DNA from: Octopus sinensis
Taxonomy: Eukaryota
Direction: 5' to 3'
Assembly (NCBI RefSeq): GCF_006345805.1
Contig: NC_042997.1
Location: forward strand, 84,630,001-84,694,000
DNA length: 64,000 bases
A model generated the notes under the pieces. It was not told the DNA's origin. It searched no databases and was given only the letters and a program-made list of their open reading frames with translations. Position numbers and translations under genes: made by a program. Positions 25,860 through 38,956 of this stretch are shown here, in pieces (the stretch's first letter is position 1; each line of letters starts with the position of its first letter).

Positions 25860-26858
25860 TATGGCAAAGACAATCATGAACTTGAAGGCTTATTACGTAC
25901 TGTGGAAAGCATTCAGTGATGACATCGAGATGGAATCTGGTCTTGATAAATATGTCAAGGCCACTTTCCAGAAAGGGAAATTGAAGACATCAACTTCAAT
26001 CGTGTTAGATGTTAACATTTATAAAAGAACTTGAGCAGGAATAAACTTACGAATGCCTCGGAATAAATGAAGGCTCTGGCATTCAGCATACAAGCATGAA
26101 AGAGAAGAATAGGTAAGAATTTTATAAGAGAGTTCGAGCAGTCCTGAAATCTAAGTTAAATGCACATTAGGTATTACCTGTAAATTCTCTAGCAGTTCTA
26201 GTTGTTATTTATAGTTTCGATGTGTTGAACAGGAATATCAGCGAAATAAAAAAAAATGAAAGGAAAATACGTAAGCTGCTGACTTTCAATAAGATGCACC
26301 ACCCAAAGGCAGATGCAAATCATTTTTACCTTCCTAGCGCCCAAGGAGGTCGAGGCCTGATCCAATTTGAAATCTCTTACAGAAACCACCACAACTGGAC
26401 TGGCCAAATCTCTTGAAAAATCTAACCTCTGGATGCTAAAACTCCTTGAAAAATCACAAGAGGCGTAAGAAGGTTCATTCTGTCATGAAAGAGAGTAAAC
26501 TATTTGCTACTGAGGTCATGCATAATAATCAGGTTGAGCATCATGATGGAAGTGCGGCAACTCTTGTTGCAAAAAAGGTGAAATGAATGGCAAAGAAAAA
26601 GCGTACGAACACTTGGGAACAAAAGCCTCTTCAAGGCAAATAAGTGGCCTGTAGCAAACAAGCTGATGTAGACAAGAAGCACAACCATCACTGGACTGGG
26701 TACGGAACTTAGAACTAAAGGCAGAGAGCGAAGGCTCCATCTTAGCTGCTCGAGATCAGAGGTCACTCACCCGAAACTATCAAGTCAAAGTGATGAAAAA
26801 GAGAGTAGACCCAAAGTACCTATACTGCAACGAAGAAATTGAAAAAGTGGACCACCTA

Positions 26859-26860
<2 letters not shown>
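25860..26860 (+). mobile_element. R4/Dong-type non-LTR retrotransposon fragment (end of RT to zinc knuckle), decayed
   Basis: FSDDIEMESGLDK, CLGINEG, HHPKADANHFYLPSAQGGRGLIQ, EGSILAARDQ..TRNYQ and YCNEEIEKVDHLI occur in order across frameshifts. Confidence 0.85.
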
Positions 26861-26898
<38 letters not shown>

Positions 26899-27122
26899 GT
26901 GTGGCGGGGTGGGGGGTCCGGAAGAGGGTATCTGTGCGTGTTCTACTTCGGATTTAGAAATTGTGCTTGTCACAAGAAAAGAATAACATATACGGATTGC
27001 CGTAGTACTAGGTGAACAATTTAGTTAACCGGGTTCTATTTCCATCGAATGCTTAAAGAGGTTTACACCTGGATTTAATTGATCCATATTTTCCTTCAAA
27101 CACATATATACACACACACACA

Positions 27123-27136
27123 TGTATGTATGTATG

Positions 27137-27170
<34 letters not shown>

Positions 27171-27316
27171 TGTATGTATGTATGTATGTATGTATGTATG
27201 CATGCATGCATGTATGTATGTGTGCATGTATGTATGTATGTATGCATGTATGTATGTATGTATGTATGTATGTATGTATGTATGTATGTATGTATGTATG
27301 TATGCGTGTATGTATG

Positions 27317-27369
<53 letters not shown>
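27123..27369. repeat. (TATG)n-(TA)n microsatellite
   Basis: Direct reading. Confidence 0.95.
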
Positions 27370-27373
<4 letters not shown>

Positions 27374-28107
27374 TGCGTTTCTGTGTGTTTGTATGCGTAT
27401 TATAAAATTTACTAAGTCAAAAGTATACATCACATACATTACAGTACAATACGTACACACGTGTATACAACACCAGTACTCACATACACAATATGCATAG
27501 CAACGAACGACAGTACCACACATAGATAAGAAATATGATGGGGGTGGGGCGAGCAGGTTTGATCGGGTGGTTAGGCTGTCTATATAGAGGACAATATTGT
27601 AAGTTCAAGTACAATACTGCCTCCCATCGCATTTTCCCTCTTTTATTTACTTATATATTTATTTATTTATTTGTTTATACAATAGTGACATGTTATCTGT
27701 AACCCATTGACTCCTAATTCTCCCCTCTCAACTAAACAGTGATCTTACTGAATTTGACACACTTAAAGGTATATTGGCCAAAGAGATAAGATGATTAAAA
27801 TAAAAATGACAACGACGACTACTACGGTGGCAACGGTGACAATAACAACAAGAACAACAACAACGACACCAATAACAATAACAACAACAACAACAATGGC
27901 CCCCAACAGCAGCAACAATAGAAACTTAACAAAACAATGAAACATAACTAACCAAGGAAATAAATTTTTAATCTTGTAATACTGTAGTTTATAGCACACA
28001 CAGATTCGCACGCGCACATACATACAATATATATACATATGTGTGTGCATATATACATGTATGTATATATGTATGTATATCCATCTATATATGTATATAA
28101 ATATATG

Positions 28108-28162
<55 letters not shown>

Positions 28163-28339
28163 ATGGATGAATGGAATGTACATATATATATAATATATAC
28201 ATGCATATTTAATGCATCGTAGCAAATGGATTTTCGGGTCGACTAAAAGTTAAACTCGCTTCGTCAGTTTGTCTGTGTCTTCTGTTTTCTTTCTATCTTC
28301 TACTTGTGACACTCTTTCTCTAATTCTCATTCTCTCTCA

Positions 28340-28380
<41 letters not shown>

Positions 28381-28749
28381 CACACACATGCCTAGGAATA
28401 TACGCTTGACTACCTCTAAGATGAGATTAAACCAACAGCTAAAACCTCTTATAACAAGATTATAAGAGGATAAGATGTAAAAAAAAAAAGGATTTCATAC
28501 AAGGGCCCTCCCATGCTACTGGCTACAAAGAAATTCGAACACATTCATCAACAATTCACTGTCATACTGACTCACATTCTACAACCATGTACACGCACAC
28601 ACAAACAATAGTTCATACATACATACATACATACATATATACATACATACATACATACATAGTACTACATGGAAGAGGGCGCGTGGCGTTCAATCGTATA
28701 ATGTATATATAAATATGCATATGTACATGTGTATATGTACATACTACAA

Positions 28750-28805
<56 letters not shown>

Positions 28806-29109
28806 TATGTAGGTAGAGGACGCCACGAAACTTGTACAGCAAAAAAATGCAAAATACGAGTACATGGAATATGAACTATTTTTCTAACAACGAAAGAGAC
28901 AAATGGAAAACAAGACAAACAGCATAAAGAACGACCGTTCATCATTTGTTGACTGTTTTTCTACTCTCGTATTTCGAGCATTTAACAACAATATACGCTT
29001 TCGATAAAAAAAATTTAGGATTTTGGGGAGGTTCAAAATCGGTAACACAAACAGGACAGTGAAAACAAACAGGAAGGGCTGCTAAACCTAAACGAGATAC
29101 ATACATGCA

Positions 29110-29147
<38 letters not shown>

Positions 29148-29868
29148 ACATATATATGCGTGTATATATATATAAATATGTGTGTATAAATATATATATT
29201 TACATATACATATATATATATATGCGTGTGCATTTCTTTGTGCACCATCCAAAAACGAATGGAATCTCTGGTCTTTGACATATGCAAATATGTCTAAATG
29301 TGTGAAATTTATTTCCTGGTGTGCTGCAGCGTAGCACATGTGAAAGTAAATTAAATTATTACGAATTAAAATCATCTTTAGCAATATGAACATTACCTTT
29401 CGGGTTGATCCGACAACATGATATTGACAAGTTACAACCATGGCGAAACATCGGTATCTACCAATCATGGAATCATTTCGAAGTGAGTTGAATCCTCTGG
29501 TCTGTGAGTTTCAAGTGTTTCGTTTAATACCCGGCGTTGTGTAGGAGCTATCCCAGACGCAAACCTGCGGCAAATTCGGCGTATAAACGAAATACATACA
29601 CTGAAAGAAAGATAGATAGATTTCTGTCCAACGGCTTAAACCTGTGTACACTAAGAACACAATGTATTAAATCCGAACGAAACAGAGTTCATTTAACGAG
29701 ACACCCCTAATTACGTCACATGACGAGGTGCTTCTGCATAAAGGAGGCATCACAACTAGTTGCATAGTTTTCTACCCTCGAGGAGTGGATGCTGGATGTG
29801 TCTAAACGATCGTTGTGACTTATAAAGTTTCCCGTGTATTCCGTCTTTCGTCTCTATGGTTTGTTTTA

Positions 29869-29869
<1 letters not shown>

Positions 29870-29959
<90 letters not shown>

Positions 29960-29975
29960 ATATATACATACATAT

Positions 29976-30060
<85 letters not shown>
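29870..30060. repeat. (ATCT)n-(TA)n microsatellite
   Basis: Direct reading. Confidence 0.95.
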
Positions 30061-30063
<3 letters not shown>

Positions 30064-30844
30064 TGTAAGTTTTCTCATGTTGACACGACGTAAACAAACC
30101 GTCAAGAGCAACAGCAACAAGAACAACAATAACGACAACAGCAACAACAACAACAACAACAACAACAGCAGCAGCAGCAGCGGCAGCAGTTATAAAACAA
30201 TACTTCTGCAGTGTCACGTTTGATAAATAAGAAACAACTGTTTTATTAGTTGGGACACAAAATGTATCTCAATGAATTTTCTATTCCGAGATTTTGCATC
30301 TATTTTGAGTCCTTTTACTTCACAAAATATAGATATAGAAATAAAGTCATAGCAATGCTTATTGAAACAGTAAAGAAATGAACTCAAAGAAAAGCATATC
30401 TAAATTTAGTGTTGGATGCGTGTGATGCTAAGAAATGTCTAACAAGTATAATTCTAAAGATAGCTAGGATGACAGAGAGACATAAATAGAGATTGATGGA
30501 GAGACGGTAGGGAAGTTTTGAAGATAATGTTAGGAAAACTGCTTTTGCGATGTAACATTACATATTCTTCCTTTCTTTCCTTCCTTCTGTCTTTCTTCCT
30601 TTCTTTCTTTCCTTCTTTCTTTCTTTCATTCTATCTATCTAGCTATATGTACATATATGCTTACATGTGTGTATATATGTATGTATATATATATGTATAT
30701 ATGCACATATATATATATTTGTATACATACATATATATATATATATATATACATATATATGCATGTATATACATATATACATACACATTTATATGCATAT
30801 ATACATACATAAAAGACACAGACATACTTATATACATACATATA

Positions 30845-32124
30845 CAGGGGTTGGACAAAATAGTGGGAACGCCTAGCATCATAGCATCATAATTTTGAAA
30901 TATCTATAAAACCGTCAAAAGCTTGTTTATTTTTGTTTTTTGATTTATTATTAGTGTTGCTAAATGTTTTGCGAAAATTGCTGTTTATTTTTAAATATCA
31001 TCAGAGAAAGGTAATTAAAATTCATTAAAATGACAGATCTATCGGACTTTCAAATAAGTCAAATTGTTAGTGCTCGTATGACAGGCGCTAGCATAACGAA
31101 AACAGACGAAATGTTTGGTGTATCAAGAATTTCTGTCTTGAAAGTAATGACAGTCTTTGAGAAAGTGGAGAAAATCTCCTCATTGAAACAAAACTCCGTA
31201 AGAAACCCCAAAGTTTCAGATTAGGTTAGTCGAACTCTTACGCGAATTGTTAGAAAGGATCACAAAATTACAGATCTCAAACTTATTGCAGAGCTTAATA
31301 ACCACCTCGAGAACCCAGTTTCCATAAAAACTGTTCGCCAGGATGTGCGCAAAGCCAGATTTCATTGGAAGGCTGTAATAAAAAAACCGCTACTTTCAAA
31401 AACAAACGTTGCAAAGCGTTTGTAGTGGAGTAAAAACCTACAAAATTGGTCCCTAGAGCAGTGTAAGAAAGTTACTTTCTTGGACGAATTATTATTTACC
31501 TTATTTCCGACCACTGGCTGAGTATATGTGTGGAGACAACCAAAAGCAGCATTTGACACAGACTGCCTTTTTCCAACAGTGAAACATGGCGGAGGATCTG
31601 TGATGATCTGGGTTAGGGGTGGGGGGTTATATCTTGAAAATATGCCAGCCCAATGATTTCCCTTGATGGTAGAATTAATAGTCAAGACTACCTAAGCATT
31701 TTATCTGACCGAATTCATCCTATGGTTGTGGAACTGTTTCCGGAGGAGAAACGCTATCTTTCAGGATGGTAAAGCATCAATTAATAAAGATAAATTTTTA
31801 CTGAAAGGCACGAGGAACATTCTAGTGAAGTTGAACATTTTATCTGGCCACCTCAGTCCCCAGATCTCAATATTATTGAACATTTATGGTGCATTTTAAA
31901 AATACAAGTAAGAAGTTGATATCTTCCATCGTCATCGCTACAAGAACTAGAGACTGTTTTAGCTGAAGAATGGACAAACATTTCTTTCGAAACAATTCAA
32001 ACTTTGTAAGAGTCCATACCTCGTAGAATTCGAACTGTAATTACTGCCAAAGGTGGTCCTACCCTATATCAAAATATATCTGTTTGAAATTTTAAGGTAT
32101 TTCCATTATTTTGTCTAACCCCTG
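30845..32124 (+). mobile_element. Tc1-like DNA transposon, copy 2, inactive
   Basis: Begins CAGGGGTTGGACAAAAT and ends ATTTTGTCTAACCCCTG, TA flanks. Transposase starts at 31030 (MTDLSDFQISQIV..) with stops. Same family as 19079-20347, opposite orientation. Confidence 0.95.
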
Positions 32125-32153
32125 TATATGTGCATATATACATACACATATGT

Positions 32154-32193
<40 letters not shown>

Positions 32194-32684
32194 TATATAT
32201 ATATCTAATGTAAATGTGTCTTTATGTATACAAAATCAATACACCTATAGTAGGTGTTCTGTTCTCAGTGATGATGCTGATGATGATAATGATGATGGTG
32301 ATGAGTTATAAAATAAGATAGAAACAAATAAGTACTGAAAATATGTATATACATATAAAGTGATTTGAATGAAATGTTGGAATGATATAAATGTCAAGAT
32401 GAAAGTTTTAACAATGTAAGACTTTAATGTAAATAATGTTGGGATTATTTTTACTATATTATCGCTACACCTCTGTCTAATGTATAGTTCTTGATACAGC
32501 TTCATACAATTGTCCCAGCTGAAATAGTTAAATTCTACCGATTTTACCAAAGTAACGTGCTTGTATATAAGAAAGTAGATACATTGTGGTGTTCGGGTGC
32601 ATTCTATTATATTATGTGTGGTAGAAATGCAATGTGCTTTATTCTGTATAAACTCATCTGTTTCTGTTCTCAATTCAAATATTG

Positions 32685-33478
32685 TTGATGCTGGCTTTGT
32701 CTTTCATTCTGATACCAAAAAAGAGAGCAGATCTGCAGATATTGACAAGTCACTGCAGTAAAATGCGGAAAAGATCGGATTAAAGATTGGCACAACGAAG
32801 ATGAAAGTGATAAAGGTGGGCAATACTATGTCCCAAGAGGCAACAATCAATGCCATACAACACAAGATAGAAACAAATTAACTTATCTGGGCAGTGTTGT
32901 AAGCAGTACTCGTAATGTTGAACTGGACATAAAATTATAGATGGAGAAGTTGGCAGTAGTGTTCCAGCATATTCACTGGGTAGCCTCAAACATCGGCGTT
33001 GATGTGAACTTTCATCAAATAACTCCATCCTACTGCAATCTATGCCAGCGAAACTTGGAGGAGTACGATAACGATATGGACGAATAAAAACCTAAATGTA
33101 TTACATCAAAAGGCGCCTCAAATGGACCCAGGCGGTCAACTGCGGGACGGTGTCACAAATGAGAAGATTCTGAGAAAAGTGAGGTCACGACCACTGAAAA
33201 ATATTGTAGCAGAGTGTTGGTTACACCTGGCTGGCCATATTCTTCGTCTAATGAAGCAATGGTAGTTGGAAACAGCCGTGAATTGGGTACCAACTATTGG
33301 CAGGCGTAAAAGAGGTGGATCGAAGATAATTTCGCGGCGGCCATTCAAAGATGAACTGAAGACAATCAACACTACGTGAAATGGACGCGCAAGTGTAGCA
33401 ACCGACCGAGCCAGGAGGAAGAAGCTTGCCGCCCAGTGTGCTTAGCAGAGCAGGAAGACCTGAATCTAAAGCTAAAGC
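32685..33478 (+). mobile_element. RTE-clade LINE 3' end, decayed
   Basis: AEKIGLKIG..KMKV, LTYLGSVVS, YASETWRS, VTNEKIL, LHLAGHILR, AVNWVP..GRRKRG and ATDRARRKKL..QC occur across frameshifts, followed by a short TAAAG(C) tail. Confidence 0.8.
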
Positions 33479-33529
33479 AATATCATGAACTGTTTCCGCC
33501 TCCAAATTGTATAGCCAAATTGTATGGCT

Positions 33530-33640
33530 TTTCATCCTTTCGTGGTCGATAGATTAAATACCATTTGTGTACTTGGGTTGATCTAATCAACAGGCCCCCT
33601 CCCCCAAAATTTCGGGCATTGTGTCTAGAGTAGATAAGAA
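33530..33640 (+). mobile_element. tRNA-derived SINE 3' part
   Basis: TTTTCATCCTTTCGTGGTCGATAG..GGCCCCCTCCCCCAAAATTTCGGGC, the same family as 34822-34964. Confidence 0.75.
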
Positions 33641-33645
33641 TATGA

Positions 33646-33677
<32 letters not shown>

Positions 33678-34602
33678 ATATATATATAAGGTACGTACAT
33701 ATATGTTTATATATATGCATATGTTCTATTTTATTAACATATTATACGACTAAACGCACGCACCCTATTAAGTAAGATTGTTCTGTTTATCAAGTTAGCC
33801 TTGATATTAACTCTCACGCGACTCTGCATCTTTCTTTCTTTCTCTCCCATTCCCTTTTTCGTCTTTTTTTCCCTCACTTAACTTGTCTCTTCCTCTCTCT
33901 CTCATTCTTCATTCTCTCTCTCCCTTTCACCATTCTTCATGGTCTCCTCGCACCATTCCCCTTCTTCTCTCTCTTCCTCTTGCTCCTCCTCCCCCATTCC
34001 CGTCGTCCATCTGCGACGATACTTCCGTCGTAACTGCTATCCTGTCTTTTCTCGCCCGCCTTGTAAGGCTTCTGGTCGACAAATTTTCCCTCTCTCGTCG
34101 TCCACGATAATCCAGCGTTTGCAATACTTTTTTCGTCTGGCGTTAACAGCCCTTCTTATCTTGTTCTCCTTGTCCTGTTCTCTCACTGTTATATATTTAT
34201 TTTTCCACTGTTTATATATATATTTTTTACTGTTTATATGTTTGTACTGTCGTTACCGTCTTGCTTTTTTTTACCCCTCTGCGAAAAGATCTCAGAATTT
34301 TAATTGATTTGCTTTTCGCGGGAAGGAATTTTTCTTCGAAGTATACGTCTCGCTTTTATCCTTCGAAACGTTTAGTAGATGAAATCTTAGCGACTGAAGA
34401 AGGGGATTTTTCGTTGTGCTTATTGTCCTGTATCTCTCCTTTTTTTTGCTTGTCTTGTTCCTTGGTTTGTGTCTATGTGTTTCGTCTCTCTATGTGTTCG
34501 ACGTCTTTTTGGTGTCCTGTACACATATATGCGTGTATATGTACATGTAGAGGCAGGTACGTACATATATGTTTATATATATGCATATGTTCTATTTTAT
34601 TA

Positions 34603-34637
<35 letters not shown>

Positions 34638-34663
34638 GCTGCAGTTGCATAGATTGTGGTATC

Positions 34664-34759
<96 letters not shown>

Positions 34760-34821
34760 CGTCGGTGTATACGTCTATTATTGTATGTTAGTGCATGTAC
34801 TTGTTATTATATATACTCTTT

Positions 34822-34964
34822 TCTACTCTAGACACAAGGCCTGAAATTTTAGAGGAGGGGGCCAGTCGATTAAATCGACCCAAATGCGTAACTGGTACTT
34901 AGTTTATCGACCCTCGAAAGGATGAAAGGCAAAGTTGACCTCGGCGGAATTTGAACTCAGAACG
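34822..34964 (-). mobile_element. tRNA-derived SINE, young-looking 3' half
   Basis: CACAAGGCCTGAAATTTT..GTCGATTAAATCGACC..GAAAGGATGAAAGGCAAAGTTGACCTCGGCGGAATTTGAACTCAGAACGT. Confidence 0.85.
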
Positions 34965-35847
34965 TGTAACTATATATGTTGATATATCTGTCAATTTATA
35001 CGTCAATTAATATACGTCGGTGTACTACCAGTACCCGTAGAAAATCCGCGGCCCATCTTGTGGTATAGTGTCAGCCATAAACATTTCAGGCCTCGGTAAT
35101 AATAATCTATTGTTTCCTTCATAATCTTTTGATTAATTTCCTAGAAATATTGTCCATTGTTTTCGGTCATGCTTTCGTCTATTTTCACAATGTCGCTGGT
35201 ACAAAATATTCTTGCCTATTATAATCGTCCATATTTTGCTTCATTTCTTCATTAACAATTCTCATCCTTATTAGATTCAGTTTCGTAGTTCGTCATATGA
35301 CATCTCATTGCTCCATTTCTTGTCTGAATTTCATTCTTTCTTCCTGAGTTAACTTCTCTTCTCGTTCTTGATTCGCTTCATTTTATTCTTAATTCTTATT
35401 TCTTCTCTTCGCCTGTCTTTCAATCTTTTCCTGTATCTTCTACGTGCCTCTCTTGATTCAATTTTTGCTGTCGTGTTCTATAATCATTATCCGCCGTAAC
35501 ACACCTCACTCCGTTCCGGTAATAAAATAAATTCAAAAGCACTTGCTGTTATATTGTTGGTAACACCCGTATCCAGGATATAAAGTTGCACATCTTTTAT
35601 GAAGAAAGTTAAGAACATGGTTATTAACATAGTAGTTCGATAAATTCCGTATCTACGTACACACATACACAAGCACAGTAACAGCGTGCGCACACATGCA
35701 CAGCCAACATTTGCTCACATGCACACACTCGCATACAGATAATTGCAATCTGTCTGTGAGGACCAAAAGCATTCGCATTTGTGTGTATGTTCTCGTAGCA
35801 TTCTTTTGAATGTCTCTGTCTGTCTGTCTCTTTTTCTTTCTTTCGCT

Positions 35848-35882
<35 letters not shown>

Positions 35883-36216
35883 CTTCCCTTCCTCTCTCTG
35901 GCGCTCGCGCACACACTTTTATCATGACCTTTCTGTAGTGTGACAGATATTTTACACAACAGAAATCTATCGCTAGCACTTTAATGTAAAAGATAAATTC
36001 AACTTATTCCATAGAAGCAACTCTAGATTAAAATCCTTACCTATATAACATCACGTATGTAAATAGCTAAAATGAAGTCAGAAGCAGCAGTGGTTGGTTC
36101 ATTCGGAAAAGATTCCTTTTCTAGAATATTAAAAACACAATATACTTAAGAGATAAGCGTGAAGCAACGGCGTAAGTGGCAGATGCACGTTTCACCGCTT
36201 TTTTGCAGTTTTGCAG

Positions 36217-36490
36217 TGCTATGCACTCGGGTTACTTCCGACATAAAATAATCCTAGCCAATCTGCAGTATATAGAAACAGTGAACGAAGAAGTCATTTG
36301 CTTTGCAAAGAGTCCGCTAGGTTCAATAAAATTCAAATAATGCAACAGGAGCTGTTTAAGATTTAAATCGTTATCTACGACTTAATGTATGTAAATCATT
36401 GACAAGTCAGAGGCTACAGTGGTCGTCTTAGAAAAGGTCCCTTTATAGATATGGGCGAATTCGTGTCTTAAGTAACCCGAATGCGTAGCA
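36217..36490. repeat. Inverted-repeat-bounded segment (possible old MITE)
   Basis: TGCTATGCACTCGGGTTACTT (36217-36237) versus the reverse complement of 36470-36490, TGCTACGCATTCGGGTTACTT (19/21). Weaker similarity continues outward. Confidence 0.5.
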
Positions 36491-36865
36491 GTGACAAGCC
36501 GAAAAATTGCGAAATGCGCATGCCATTCTCGCGGACGCTCACGGGATGATACGGTATCCTCTATTTCTGAAGTATTTTGTGTTTTCAATATCCAACATCT
36601 ATAAAGAAATATTTTTCGAGATGACCAGTGCAACCCCTGACTTTTTAACGATAAAGATACGCTAAATATGACATATATAAATTTTAATCAAGAGCTATAT
36701 CTATTTCTTTACTACCCACAAGGGGTTAAACACAGAGGGGCCAAACAAGGACAGACATAGGTATTAAGTCGATTACATCGACCCCAGTGCGTAACTGGTA
36801 CTCAATTTATCGACCCCGAAAGGATGAAAGGTAAAGTCGACCTCGGCGGAAGAGCTATATCAATT

Positions 36866-37252
36866 CTCTTGTACTTGTTTCAGTCATTTGACTGCGGCCA
36901 TGCTGGAGCACCGCCTTTAGTCGAGCAAATCGACCCCGGGACTTATTCTCTGTAAGCCCAGTACTTATTCTATCGGTCTCTTTTGCCGAACCGCTAAGTG
37001 ACGGGGACGTAAACACACCAGCATCAGTTGCCAAGCAATGCTAGGGGCACAAACACAGACACACAAGCACACACACACATACATATATACGACGGGCTTC
37101 TTTCAGTTTCCGTCTACCAAATCCACTAATAAGGCATTGTTCGGCCCGGGGCTATAGCAGAAGACACTTGCCCAAGATGCCACGCAGTGGGACTGAACCC
37201 GGAACCATGTGGTTGGTTAGCAAGCTACTTACCACACAGCCACTCCTGCGCC
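36866..37252 (-). mobile_element. Full-length tRNA-derived SINE
   Basis: Minus-strand head GGCGCAGGAGTGGCTGTGTGGTAAG..GGTTCAGTCCC with A/B boxes, a (TG)n linker and a tail ending at 36866. A partial copy of another SINE family lies at 36715-36850. Confidence 0.9.
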
Positions 37253-37994
37253 TTGTATAATTTGAATCCTAATTGTCTCCACTGTTCCTATACACTTCAG
37301 AATAACCGAGATACTTTATGTGGGAAGTGACCAACAAACTGCGAAAACTCCAAGATTCATAACTGGTATTCTCGTGGTTGCTTCCTGGCTGATGTAGTTT
37401 CGTCTAACCTTGAAGTGTATAGTGTTTTTAACACACTCCATCTGTAACACTGCCGCCCCTTGCTTCTCAACGACATACATACTTTAAAGATGTTACATAG
37501 ATAAAGATTATGATAGATCTGAGTTGTGAGTTTATTAATGCAATATACACACACATACACACACACACTCCACTGTGTATGTTTATTAATATCTATTTTA
37601 CTTGGTGTATGTGATTGTGTGTATATCCATTAATATATGTTAATATATGCATTATTTGTTGTATTGGTGTATGCGTATGTATGCGCGCGCATGTAATGGT
37701 GTTTGCCTTAATGTATTTTTCTTCTTCATTAGCCACAAGTCAACCGTGAACGAGCAGATCTATTATCAAAAATATTCCAGCTGTAGCCGTTCCGTCATTC
37801 TAGTTTCTAGGAGTACATTTACGAATGTGCCCTTCCCTTTTGTAGGACAGTCAGTTAGGGTTTGAAGGATAATTGGTAAATTTCTGCAGCAGGTCGTGCA
37901 GCCATCTAGGGGTTTTCTTGGACGTTCGATGCATTTTAGGAATCCCTGATTAGTTTATTACATTCACGTGTATATACATATAAATATATGTATG

Positions 37995-38067
<73 letters not shown>

Positions 38068-38164
38068 GTGTGTGTGTGTGTGAATATGTATACAGATGCA
38101 TATGTACATATGTCTGTACTAATGTACGTACATATATACATATATACATATATATATATTTTTT

Positions 38165-38360
38165 ATTGTTTTGCTTGCTTCAAACATTTGACTGCGGCCA
38201 CGCTGGAGCACCGCCTTGAATGACTTTAGTCGAACAAATCCACCCTAAGGCATTTCTTAAGCCTAGTACTTATTGTGTGTGCCGAAACGCTAAGTTACGG
38301 GGACGTTAACACACTAACACCGGTTGTCAAGCGGTGACGAGGGAACAAAGACAGACAGAC
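38165..38360 (-). mobile_element. SINE 3' part (36866-37252 family)
   Basis: TTTGACTGCGGCCACGCTGGAGCACCGCC..GCCGAAACGCTAAGTTACGGGGACG. Confidence 0.8.
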
Positions 38361-38423
38361 AGACGCATGTATATATATTAAGTCATGTTTTGACCTCTAT
38401 TGCTATGCTTGCATCACCAGACG

Positions 38424-38476
<53 letters not shown>

Positions 38477-38530
38477 CAGAGATGTACTTGCAATGCAAGT
38501 GACCTGATCTGAAATCGTGTGCTGGAACGA

Positions 38531-38761
38531 AAACAATTGCAGCGTGGAAGGTGTTTATAAACCATTTAAGAAACACACAAAAGTCGTTAGATTCACTTCA
38601 ACATTTAAATTTAATTTGTCAAAGAATTTTGTCAGTGAACAGGTCGCGGCCTCAAAGCGACGAAAATATTTTGACAAATTAAGTTTAAATGTTGAAGCGA
38701 ATCTAACGGTTTTTGTGTTTTCTTAAATGGCTTATAAACACCTTCCACACTGCAATTGTTT
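38531..38761. repeat. 231-bp foldback element abutting (TA)n
   Basis: Left arm AAACAATTGCAGCGTGGAAGGTGTTTATAA..TTAATTTGTCAAA mirrors right arm TTTGACAAATTAA..TTATAAACACCTTCCACACTGCAATTGTTT. Confidence 0.9.
38628..38678 (+). ncRNA. Type-I hammerhead-like motif with swapped G3-C8 core pair
   Basis: UUUGUCA-GUGAACA-G-GUCGC(GGCCUCAAA)GCGAC-GAA-AAU|AUU-U-UGACAAA. 7-bp stem I, 5-bp stem II, palindromic stem III, triplet UUU. Confidence 0.65.
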
Positions 38762-38800
38762 ATATATATATATATATATAATATATATAATATATATATA

Positions 38801-38956
<156 letters not shown>

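Noticed and set aside
28230-28275. Minus-strand CTGACGA...GAAA
   Set aside because: Stem II does not close and stem I is absent.
34261-34420. ORF segment ..RLVDEILATEEGDF containing CTGAAGAAGGGG, resembling a PLE end
   Set aside because: No CCCC/GAAA half follows and the protein match is not secure; kept only as a possible truncated remnant.
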